Source: Octopus vulgaris
Lineage: Eukaryota
Length of the DNA: 64,000 bases
Direction of reading: 5' to 3'
NCBI GenBank assembly: GCA_951406725.2
Contig: OX597815.1
Span: forward strand, 131,130,001 to 131,194,000
A model generated the notes under the pieces. The model ran no database searches, was not told where the DNA came from, and was given only the letters and a program-made list of their open reading frames with translations. The translations under genes and the position numbers were made by a program. Of this stretch, positions 53,966 through 64,000 are shown piece by piece; the stretch's first letter is position 1, and each line of letters begins with the position of its first letter.

Positions 53966-54552
53966 TATACACGACGATCTCCTTTCAGTTTCCGTCTACC
54001 AAAGCCTTGCCAATGGCTTTGGTCGGCCTCAGGCTATAGAGAGGAAACACTGTGGGACTGAACCCGGAAACATGTGGTTGAGAAACAAGTTTCTTACCAT
54101 GCAGCCACGCTTACGCCTTTGCAGAATTTGATGTTATATGTATCTGGAAACATTTATATTCATTTAGTATTACAGTCAGTTTGTTTATGTTAGGGCGAAA
54201 TTCTTTTTAGATTGACTAACTTTCAGAGCCAATATTGAGTTTTGGAGATAAAGAGATTTTCTTCGAAATACCGAATGTCTTAAGAAAGCAACTAATATTG
54301 GAATTACTTTTAGTCCAATAAAACATATCGTACAACAGAAAATATATTCTTTAAAAAGGAGAATTTATTAGACAAAATAATAGAAATTATTTAGAAAATA
54401 TTTTCGTTCTTTAACTACTATAACCAAAGTATTCTTAACTATAAAACAAATTCAGCAAAAATCAACGAGAGAACCTCTATGTGGCCAATCGAGCTGTTGG
54501 AAATAACCGCCAAATTTCTGGAAAGAAAACACAATGGTATTTTTCAAAATGC

Positions 54553-54802
54553 ATTTTATTTACTTTATTTGCATTTGACGGATATTTGTTCCCCTCTTGT
54601 TTGTTGTTAATACAATGTTTCGTCTGATATATCTTTCAGCCTTCATCGGGTGTCTCAGGGAAATTTCGGACTTGGGTTCTCATTCCTAAGGTATTTTTCG
54701 ATGTTTATTATTATTATTATTATTATTCAGGTCACTGCTTGGAATCGAACTCGGAATCTTGGGGTTAGTAGCCCGCGCCCTTAACTACTACGCCATATGC
54801 CC
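54553..54802 (-). mobile_element. tRNA-headed SINE with hammerhead-like tail
   Basis: Head GGGCATATGGCGTAGTAGTTAAG (A box)...GTTCGATTCC (B box), (TAA)n linker, then CCGATGAA-GGCTGA...TCAGAC-GAAACATT and an A-rich repeated tail. Confidence 0.7.
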
Positions 54803-55899
54803 ATCTGAAAAAAAAAAAGAGCAGCCAGCATGGAGTTAGATTTAAGTAAAACTTAGGATGTCTTCTATGAATGTTGGCAGTGTCTTCTGTTAAAAGGTTT
54901 ATGATAATAAGCAAGTGTCTTCATATTTTGGTAAGGAAGAACTTAAGTATTCGAAAGTAAATCAATGCCAGCGGTATTATACAATATAAGCGTTTATGTC
55001 GGCGTTTTAATCTGTTTGAAACGGAGCAACCTGCTTGAGAAATTAACGTGCAAGTGGCTGAACTATTAACCTGTGTGACTCAGCGCGACACAGAGAGTGA
55101 CAAGGCTGGCTCCTTGAATTACAGGTACAACTAATTTTTGCCAGCTGAGTGGACTGGAGTAACGTGAAATAAAGTGTCTTTCTCAAAGATACAATGTTCC
55201 CCCGGGATCGAACTCATGAGCTCACAATCTTGAGCAAACTACCCTAGCCACTAAACCACGCGCCTCCACCAGGGACTAAACAACTATACTACAAACAACG
55301 TTACAGACCTCCTCCATACAGTATAGCTGTTCTTTGCTAATGTGTGTGTATCTGTGATCAAAAAGTATTCTTATTAAATTCACATCAGAAATCCTATCAG
55401 GTCTATGTTCGTCAAATAATAATTTTAAATTTGCTGTCATATTACTTAAAATTTTACAGTGAACGGAAATAAAAGTTTCCAGAATTACTTCACAACAGTT
55501 GATTTCATTCTAAGAATTCTATGGTTATTATAATAATAAAAAAAAATCAGAAGCTGAAGAAAATTTTGGATTATGTAGGCGCCAGATAAAAAGAAAATTG
55601 TCCCTGAGAATTACCATCAGATTTATTCAATTAACAGGCTGGAATAAAAATGGCTGGAAGGTATTTTGACTCCAGGCGCATTCTTATAGTAAGTTCTGTA
55701 AAAGCAGTTCTGTAAAAGGCAGGAACTGAAAAAACATTGAAACAATTTTGAAAAAGAATTGAATGGAAAAATTAAGAAATTAGAAATTTGTAAATGTTGA
55801 TGAATGAATGAATGTATGTTTGAATGTATGTATGTATGTATGTATGTATGTATGTATGTATGTATGTATGTATGTATGTATGTATGTATGTATGTATGT

Positions 55900-56772
55900 A
55901 TTTTTTAATTATTTTTTAATTATTATAAATCTTCCACTGAGAAGGGATCCGGTTTCCAACAGAGATACAAGGCTCCCTCTTTGGGATGTAGTTAGCACAG
56001 ACAAATTCACATTTGGAACTTGAGAAAAGTCTTGCATATTACTGTTCCACTCACAGATTGGACTTGTATCGTACGAATCAGAAGATCGATTTCTCTTTCC
56101 GAAAATCTCAGTTTATCCAGATTCTCCTTCAAGCATTTACTAACAAAACCTAGTGTTCCAATTATTTTTGGTATGAATATGAATTCATAGTCTATATATA
56201 GAAGGTGGAGTTTTTAGAGCAGTTGTCCATAGATATCTTCCTTTTCTTTGATTTTCAAAGAGATTATTCATTCATGCAAGGCAGCTGACCTCTATGATGG
56301 TACATACCTTTGCCCCTCTGTCCCAAACAACAACATCCAGCCCGTTATGCTTACATTTGACAAGTTTTGACGGGAATATTTCACCAGTATTCCTTGAGTT
56401 TGTATTTATGAATGTATTTCATAACAGAGGGATTTTCTAAGTTTATTTCAGGACAGTATTTTTTGCAGATGGCATTTTGAATTGTTTTTGCAACAACATC
56501 GTGTCGCATAGGGTGGTAGTACCGTGATGACATTTTAGGATAGCTGCTAATCACATGCATAATGTCTTCCATAGAAACATAACATAGCTTACACATGCAG
56601 TTGCACCTTGGGACTGCAGGAGCGTCATCGTCTCTCTTGTTCACCAGGTACCTTGTGGCAATCTCCTGTTCCTGGATTGCAAGCGAATAGCCTACAAAAT
56701 GTAATGTGACGTAGTGGTCTTGTGTCCAAGAGAGGCTGCGCTTCTCGTCAAGTCTACTGTCTTCTTCAGCTT
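55900..56772 (-). mobile_element. RLE (R4-like) LINE fragment in (TATG)n, divergent subfamily
   Basis: AIQEQEIATRYL, CKLC..EDIMHVISS, MRHDVVAK, KEYW, DVVVWD..IIEVSC; (TATG)n on both flanks. Confidence 0.88.
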
Positions 56773-57109
56773 GTATGTATGTATGTATGTAGGTGGGCAG
56801 GCAGATAGACAGATAGACAGACAGACAGATAAACAGATAGACAGACAGACAGACAGACAGATAGATAGATATTTGCTTTTTTTTTACATTACTCTGATGA
56901 GCTTCCCTATACTGCGCAGTGCGACGATGTCTTAGCTGGCCGAATCTTCGACATCACTGTCAACAACTTTTATGCTTAAGAATAGTATATATGTGCGTGT
57001 GAATGTATATCTATATGTGTGTACTATATGTATATATGTGTATGCATGTATGTATATATGTATATTATATTATGTTATACATATGACACGTGACAGTGAT
57101 TACGTAGAT

Positions 57110-59105
57110 AAACATGAGATTAGTTGTTTCTGCCCCACTAGATCGGTAATACCCCCTACTGTAACTTCTATGGCCAAGAAGATCCTAAAGAGAGATGAAA
57201 CTGGCGGACCAAGGATATACGAATCGCCGAAAACGATGATCAGGTTAGAAAGATGGTCGCTGATGCGGTGGGTGCGAGTACCAAGATCACACTCAAGGGC
57301 CACATATTTAAGTTTAATAACAAGATATAGACCCAAGAGGATGTAGCAATCGGTGTCAGTATCACTGATGATGTGGCTAACCTATTTATGGTATGGTGGG
57401 ATAGGAGACTCAAAGAGAAATTAACAGAGAAGTCCATAACCATAACCATGTACTCTCGCTATGTGGATGATATCAACATAGTAGCCAAAATACCCCTACA
57501 AGACAATGTTGATAATCTAGATGCCTACACTATGGAGAGCATCCAGAAAATAGCTAACCTCATCCACCAGAGCATTGAAGTAACGATAGACTACCCTAAC
57601 AAGCACCCGAACTATAAGCTACCAATTTTAGACACGGACCTCTGACTGGAAACCAAGAACGGTAAGGTCCAGATCCTTCATTCTCATTATACTAAACCCA
57701 TGGCCTCTAAGTACTTTGTTCACAAGAACACAGCTATTGCAGTCCACGCCAAGTTCAACACTCTTATAGTAGACTTGGTGAGAATGATGAGGAATGTCTC
57801 ACATGTGCGACCCTATGGAATTGGAAAGACACATATAACACTTCATTCACCGCATGCAGTTCTCTGGCTATAATCAAAAGGACAGGTTTAGAGTGTACAA
57901 ACGAGCCAGTACTAAGTACAGAGCCAACATAGAGAGTGATGCTAAGGGGATCTGTCCGCTGTACAGGAGAAAATCCTGGAACAGCACAGAAAGGACCAGA
58001 AAAAAGATAGATAAGGTCAACTAATGGTATGACAGCAAAAAATACCAGAGCGTCATGTTCATCGATGCTACTCCTGGCTGCGAACTAGCACACCTTTTTA
58101 GAAAAACATTAAGTAAGGCTAATCTACGGATTAAAGTAGTAGGAAGACCTGATGTCCTTATAAAAGCCCTGATCTGTAGATCCTATCCTTTTGATAAGTC
58201 CCCATGTACGGAGAACAATTGTGTTGTATGTAGGATGAATCCACGGGTTTACTGTAAGGTTAGGTATATAGTGTATAGCTTATGATGTTCTGAGGGACGG
58301 TGCAGAAACATGACAACTACTTACATTGGAAAGACTGCACGCAGCATAGCGGAGCGTATAGGTGAATACTGGCGAGAGCTCAAAGAAGAGAAAGACTCGT
58401 CAGTGCTCTACCAACAAGCTCAGGCAGAACATGGGGATTCGATTAATAGCATAGAGGTTAAAACAGTATCGACGCATAAAACTGACACGACACTTAGACA
58501 GATCACAGAGGTCACACACATATTAGTAGACAGACGGGGCCTCAATAGAAAATATGAATGGAACGATAACACCCACCACCGCACCAACAACACCACACCA
58601 CATAACTAAAGACAGAAGGAAGGAGAAGAAAGAGGGAAAAATAATAATAAATACAACACAGATACAAACGGGGTAATACACACACAATAGGCATATATGC
58701 ACATACCTGAGATACATATAAGAAATAGAGATAGATAACAGAAAAAGAATAAAATAAGATAAATAAATAAATCTATATTAAGGGCATGGATACAAACAAA
58801 ATAAGCAGTGAACCTATATACACACACAAACACACATACAATAACTTCACAGACGGCCGCAAACCCATGTGCCCATAACGATACACATGATAGAAGAGCA
58901 GAACGAAGTGGAGCAAGCGCAGACACGAAGATACGAAAAGTGTCGCTGAAGAGGTCACAGAGGTGTGACGAAAGATTTCCGGACAATGGACATGAGTTAG
59001 AATAAGAACAGTAATAAACGAGTGCTGAACAAATATATAGTGCATGTGTTTCTTTGACCCCCACCCACAAAACCCCCCACGAAAACTCATCTCGAAATAC
59101 AACAA
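57110..59105 (+). mobile_element. Penelope-like retroelement (RT + GIY-YIG), 5'-truncated and disrupted
   Basis: VANLFMVWWD, RYVDD, DYPNKH..KLPILD, FIDATPG, C...C..C...C linker, IVYSL*C...YIGKTARS..ER..E GIY-YIG; stops and frameshifts. Confidence 0.92.
58941..58986 (+). ncRNA. Minimal type I hammerhead ribozyme-like motif
   Basis: TGTCG-CTGAAGA-G-GTCACA(GAGG)TGTGAC-GAAA-GATT-TC-CGGACA: intact core, 6-bp stem II, located in the Penelope 3' region. Confidence 0.65.
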
Positions 59106-59132
59106 TATATATGTGTGTGTGTGTATATATAT

Positions 59133-59173
<41 letters not shown>

Positions 59174-60867
59174 TCTTGCGAAAATATAAATAAGAACAGA
59201 GTCTGTTCTTATAGGAAAAATCAAACAGCAACGAGATAATTAACACAGGGATTAATAAGGAGTTGCAGTGTCTGTTTTTCACATGCAAAAGAGATATTTC
59301 TTTATTTTATGTATCTGATAATGAGTGGTTTCACTTCTTTTCGATTTGCTGAGGTATTAAAGTAAATAACGCTACATTAATATCTTTGTTATTTTTTTTA
59401 TTTATTTGGTTCTTTCGTATGAAAATTTACCTTTGCCGCTGTTACGATGTAGATTTGCTTATTTCAGTCATGTTTGATATATTAAGTCGATAATAATTGC
59501 GTATGCCTCTATAAGACATTATATTTTGATATCCGTTCCAATTTTAATTGAAAATTTTGAATTTACACGCATACACACACATACAGACACGTACACACAC
59601 GTACACACAGGTATATTCACGCATGCACACACACATGAATAAATATATGTTGACACACATACATATACATGCAGTAGTTTCTTGCTTTGAGAAATCATTC
59701 TATTTTCATCTGTCTTTAATATTCTTTTCTTATTTTGGCTCAAGGCAAGCAACTTTGAGGGGTGGAAAAGTCAATTAAATCGACCCCAGTGTTTAACTAG
59801 GACTTATTTTGTCGACTTCGAAAGGCCGAAGGGCAAAGTCGACCTCGGCGGAATTTGAACTCAGAACGTAAAGACAGGACGGACGAAATACTGCTAAGCA
59901 TTTTGTTCGACGTGCTGTATGTCTCTAATAATAATTTCACCCACCGTCACAAACTTTTTGTGGTGAGGCAGAATCAATTGAACTAATTCTTGTGTGTTAC
60001 GTGTATGTATGGGTTCTAATAGAGGTGTAAGCCGACCCTGGTGGGGTCTATACTCGGAAATGTATAAATCATAACGTTTGTGTTAGAATTTGTGACGGAG
60101 TTGATCTGACTCATACTGTTGGATAACGAACAGAGCTACCTTCTCTTGAACCGGGCTTATTAAACAGGACACAATGAACAGGACTTAACTCTCTTGCAAC
60201 TGCTTTCTCTGATCGCTCGTTAAGATATTTTTCAAAAAATATTCCTTAAGCTAATGACGGTGGATAAACTGAAATAATCATTATGCTAGTTTATTTTTGT
60301 CAAACTCAGTGTTTGGTCGGAAACTCAGCTTAAGCTCGAAGACAGAGATGTCTTCTGAGAAGAATTTTAACTTAGAAAACCCACGTTGTTTTTTTATTCA
60401 TATCCATTCACATGTATACACATATGTGTAAATTCACAAAAATATACTCACACTCAAGCAAATACACACACGCGCACGCATACACCTGCCAACCTCTACG
60501 CACACATAGACTCATACACATACATAGACTCACATACACACATACACTCACACACATCGAACATATTATGTTGTAGACAGATCTTAGTTTGAAAGCAAAT
60601 CCTCTGTGATTTTAAGTTGTTAATGAGATCTAACACCTGCCACATAAATATTGCAATCGTTAATAACAAAACTGCGTTATACAAAATTAATTACTCAAAT
60701 GATTCTTCTTCTAACTACAACATTTGTTGCAAATAATAATTTTTTCAATACATCTTTCATGAAAATATCATTCCTCAGTATTAATATATGATAACTTTAA
60801 GTAATTGAAGAACACTTCAGATTTAGGATATCATATGTAGGCATTTTCTGATAATCACATAAGCTGA

Positions 60868-60900
<33 letters not shown>

Positions 60901-60902
<2 letters not shown>

Positions 60903-60985
60903 TAAAGTATGTTATGAGCATTTATAGAACACGTATCCTATATAAACTCATAACCTTCTATAAATGCTCATAACACACCTTATAC
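60901..60985. repeat. Small foldback element
   Basis: TATAAAGTATGTTATGAGCATTTATAGAA pairs with TTCTATAAATGCTCATAACACACCTTATA. Confidence 0.7.
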
Positions 60986-61095
60986 TTGTAACATTTTCAT
61001 ATTAAAAAATACTTAGAATAGTAAGCTACAAATTTAATATGAAGAATCTTTTTCAGAAATATAACTATGGAACCCACCAAAGTGAAGGTGGGTTC

Positions 61096-61154
<59 letters not shown>

Positions 61155-61275
61155 TATGTGTGTGTATGTATATATACAGAGCAAATAATTCAGGAGAAAA
61201 TATTTGCGAAGATGTTATTGATTCTATTATTATCTAGAGTAACAATTAAAAATGATAATAAAAAATCAATAATAT

Positions 61276-61880
61276 AGGCGATTGTAGGCCCCCAAAAATA
61301 ATTAGATAGCTGAAAGATTAAATTTAATCGAAGGACATACTAAGTATATCTACCTGCTAGAAATAATAGTCAAAACTCTTATTTGAATTGCCGAAAATAC
61401 ACTGATAATAACTACAGAAATCAATCGTCTGAGGTCAAACGAGCGAAGACAATCGCTCAGCATACATTCAAGTATTTGGATTCACGAGGACCAGTTTCTG
61501 GACTGGCATTGTAGCCACACCTTCCTCAGCACGCGTTACCATGATGGAGAGCACCAACCCGTCACGTCAAAATTTGCGCTGCAACTAATTCGTTTTGTGT
61601 CGAATCATGGCAGCCATCAGTGTGAAAATAATTTCAATACGGAGCAAATAATCCAGGAGAAAATATTTGCGATGATATTATTGAGTATTATTATCTAGTG
61701 TAACAATTAAAAATGATAATAACAGAATCAATAATATAGTTATTATCAGTGTATTTTCGACGATTTAATAGGTACATCTACCTGCTGTTGTTTCCAGCAG
61801 GTAGATATACTTATTATGTCCTTTGGTTAATTTTAATCCTTCAGCTATTTAATACTTTTTGGGGCCTGCAATCCCCTATA
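61276..61880. mobile_element. MITE with ~140-bp TIRs and TA flanks
   Basis: 61276-61413 is an imperfect reverse complement of 61737-61880; internal block 61641-61737 is repeated directly at 61178-61275. Confidence 0.7.
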
Positions 61881-61960
61881 CATATATATACATAGACATA
61901 ATATAGGAGGCTCATTAGCAATTCAAACCTCATGGCAAATTTATATACAAGGGTACAAAA

Positions 61961-62168
61961 TAGCACCAGCATTGCTGGAAACAAGAGTCAAAACGACTCA
62001 AAAAGCCACAAAAAGCACTAACTCAATGAGTTGACAAATGAGAGGAAGCGAGAAATGCACCTTACCTTAGTAAGATCAAATTCACAAATGAAATAATAGA
62101 TATATCATTGAGTTAGTGCTTTTTGTGGCTTTTTGAGTTGTTTTGACTCTTGTTTCTAGCAATGCTGG

Positions 62169-62173
<5 letters not shown>
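61961..62173. mobile_element. MITE with ~68-bp TIRs
   Basis: TAGCACCAGCATTGCTGGAAACAAGAGTCAAAAC...CTCAATGA is inverted at about 62105-62173. Confidence 0.8.
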
Positions 62174-62230
<57 letters not shown>

Positions 62231-62233
<3 letters not shown>

Positions 62234-62425
62234 CTATGATAGATCGCTAGCCACTACACATTCTTTATTTTCTCTCTTTGTTTCTGTCTGTGTTCCTTTC
62301 TGTGGAAGAGCGTGGGCTCGAAACGTTAAAGACTTTATTCCCTTCTCGAACGTTAAACTAATACATCTGTTTGTTGTCTACACCATCCGTCTTCGACTTT
62401 TGATGCTTTTTGTGAATTCTTCTCA
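62231..62425 (+). mobile_element. (TA)n-embedded Penelope-LTR-like element with hammerhead-like motif
   Basis: Same family as 48122-48360; CTTT-CTGTGGAA-GAGC-GTGG-GCTC-GAAACGTT-AAAG. Confidence 0.65.
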
Positions 62426-62431
62426 TTATAT

Positions 62432-62500
<69 letters not shown>

Positions 62501-63119
62501 TACACATGTGTGCGTTTGTTAGTGTATATACGTACGTATTGTGTATGTCTGCATGTCTGCTGGAGAGCTGAGTATGCTAATTAAGAAATATCATGTGAAC
62601 AGATGATGCATACTGGATATAGCGAAAGAAAAGACACAGCGAGGAAGCAGCATACCTGTAGGGCAAAGATCTTATTAATTTTTTCTCAACAAATTAAAGT
62701 ACATTTTCTTGGCATTCTGCGTTTGGTTTGATAGTAAGACATGGTTTAACACTTCCTCAAGAGCTTGAGAAGAATTTGAATATGCTAACTCAATACACAT
62801 GAAGTTTAAATGTTATACGATGTATATTAAGAATGTATAAATAAATGTTGCTTGAAATGACTCCTTTCTGCTGTTTGGAGACATAAAAAGCATCTTGTGT
62901 GTAAGAAAGATACACAGTGTATTTTAGTTTTGAGTCTGATGTCAGACAACTATTAGCTTGTAAATATCTTTGGTAAGTTTAGTTTTTGTATTTAGTTGGC
63001 AAGATTATGTGTTGAAACAGATTTTATTTTATCTCGGGAGGGTCATTATGCCAATAATAAACACACGCACTGGTTCTATTTCACTGCTTTTATCAGTTAA
63101 TTGGTTTCAACATTTAGCC

Positions 63120-63350
63120 AATTAACTAATCGATTTTTGGATTAGTCGTTCGGTCAAACCCAATCAGCTCAGTTTGCCAAAGTCCTTTCGTCGCTATCTG
63201 CAACACCATCAATGACATGCCCTCTCTACTTCGACCTGAAGTAGAGAGGGCAAGTCATTGATGAGATCGCGAATGACACGAAAGCACTTTGTAAAAATCT
63301 AGCTGATTGATTGAATAATTAACTGAATAATTAAGCAATCGATTAGGCCA
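63120..63350. repeat. Near-palindromic foldback element
   Basis: Core arms CATCAATGACATGCCCTCTCTACTTC / GAAGTAGAGAGGGCAAGTCATTGATG around a 5-nt loop; weaker pairing extends outward. Confidence 0.75.
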
Positions 63351-63473
63351 AGTAATTGAATGATAATAATAGCAATAATAATAATAATAATAATAATAAT
63401 GATGATGATGATAATGATGATAATAATAATAATGATGATGATGATGATAATAATAATAATAATGATAATGATG

Positions 63474-63540
<67 letters not shown>

Positions 63541-63542
<2 letters not shown>

Positions 63543-63899
63543 GTGCCTAATGTTTGACGTGGCAGTGCCAAGAGATCAACATATCATCGTAAAAGAAAGA
63601 GAAAAGGTTGATAAATATGGAGACCTGAGAATTAAGATCGCTAAGATGTGACAGCTACGAGTGTAAAACTTAAAGGTTATTCCTATTGTCATCGAAGCAT
63701 TGGGTTCAATACTACCCAGCTTGAAAAAACATCTGGAAACTTTAGAAATACCCTATAATCTAGGTGTATTACAAAAGTCGGCATTACGTATTGCGTAAAG
63801 TACTGTCTATCTGAGGTACTTGTTGTGACTTGACAAACAGAACAATAGACACAATATCTTCAATAAACAACCTCACGATATTGTATACTGTACGACGTC

Positions 63900-63900
<1 letters not shown>
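63541..63900 (+). mobile_element. Dong-type LINE 3' fragment in (AAT)n
   Basis: CLMFDVAVPRDQHIIVKEREKVDKYGDLRI; reverse-complement match to about 14557-14935; (AAT)n on both sides. Confidence 0.9.
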
Positions 63901-63957
<57 letters not shown>

Positions 63958-64000
63958 CTTGTCAGTTGTTTGACCGTAACCAGTTGAGCATGTCCCTTAG

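Noticed and set aside
54735-54802. Functional tRNA gene
   Set aside because: A and B boxes are present but there is no complete acceptor stem or T-run terminator; it runs into repeat body, as do the other SINE heads.
57643-58285. In-frame TGA codons in the Penelope element as selenocysteine
   Set aside because: The TGAs are not at the conserved Cys positions (likely Trp/Arg decay), and the copy also has a TAA stop and frameshifts.

Overview
AT-rich, repeat-saturated eukaryotic DNA with no intact protein-coding gene, rRNA, functional tRNA or CRISPR array. The SINE families and microsatellite load resemble coleoid cephalopod (Octopus-like) DNA; this is inference from memory, not a search result. 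Most ORFs in the supplied track are microsatellite artefacts or decayed transposon frames. Recognisable content: (1) 5'-truncated R4/Dong-type RLE LINEs packed into (TAA)n tracts at 10.5-16 kb and 63.5 kb, plus a second RLE family sitting in (CATA)n tracts; (2) a decayed autonomous Helitron, non-autonomous Helitrons and a Helentron-like element; (3) a full-length but dead mariner nested in a solo-LTR-like element nested in a palindromic MITE; (4) a full-length dead Tc1; (5) a Penelope-like element (RT + GIY-YIG) with a hammerhead-like motif; (6) HERO, RTE, Tigger/pogo and Gypsy-gag relics; (7) many tRNA-derived SINEs, foldback MITEs and mini/microsatellites. Best leads: a tRNA-headed SINE carrying a hammerhead-ribozyme-like tail, a (TA)n-embedded family with a variant hammerhead core, a (CATA)n-targeting RLE LINE family with a conserved 3' motif, and three phase-compatible minus-strand exon candidates. 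Boundaries of degenerate elements are approximate.
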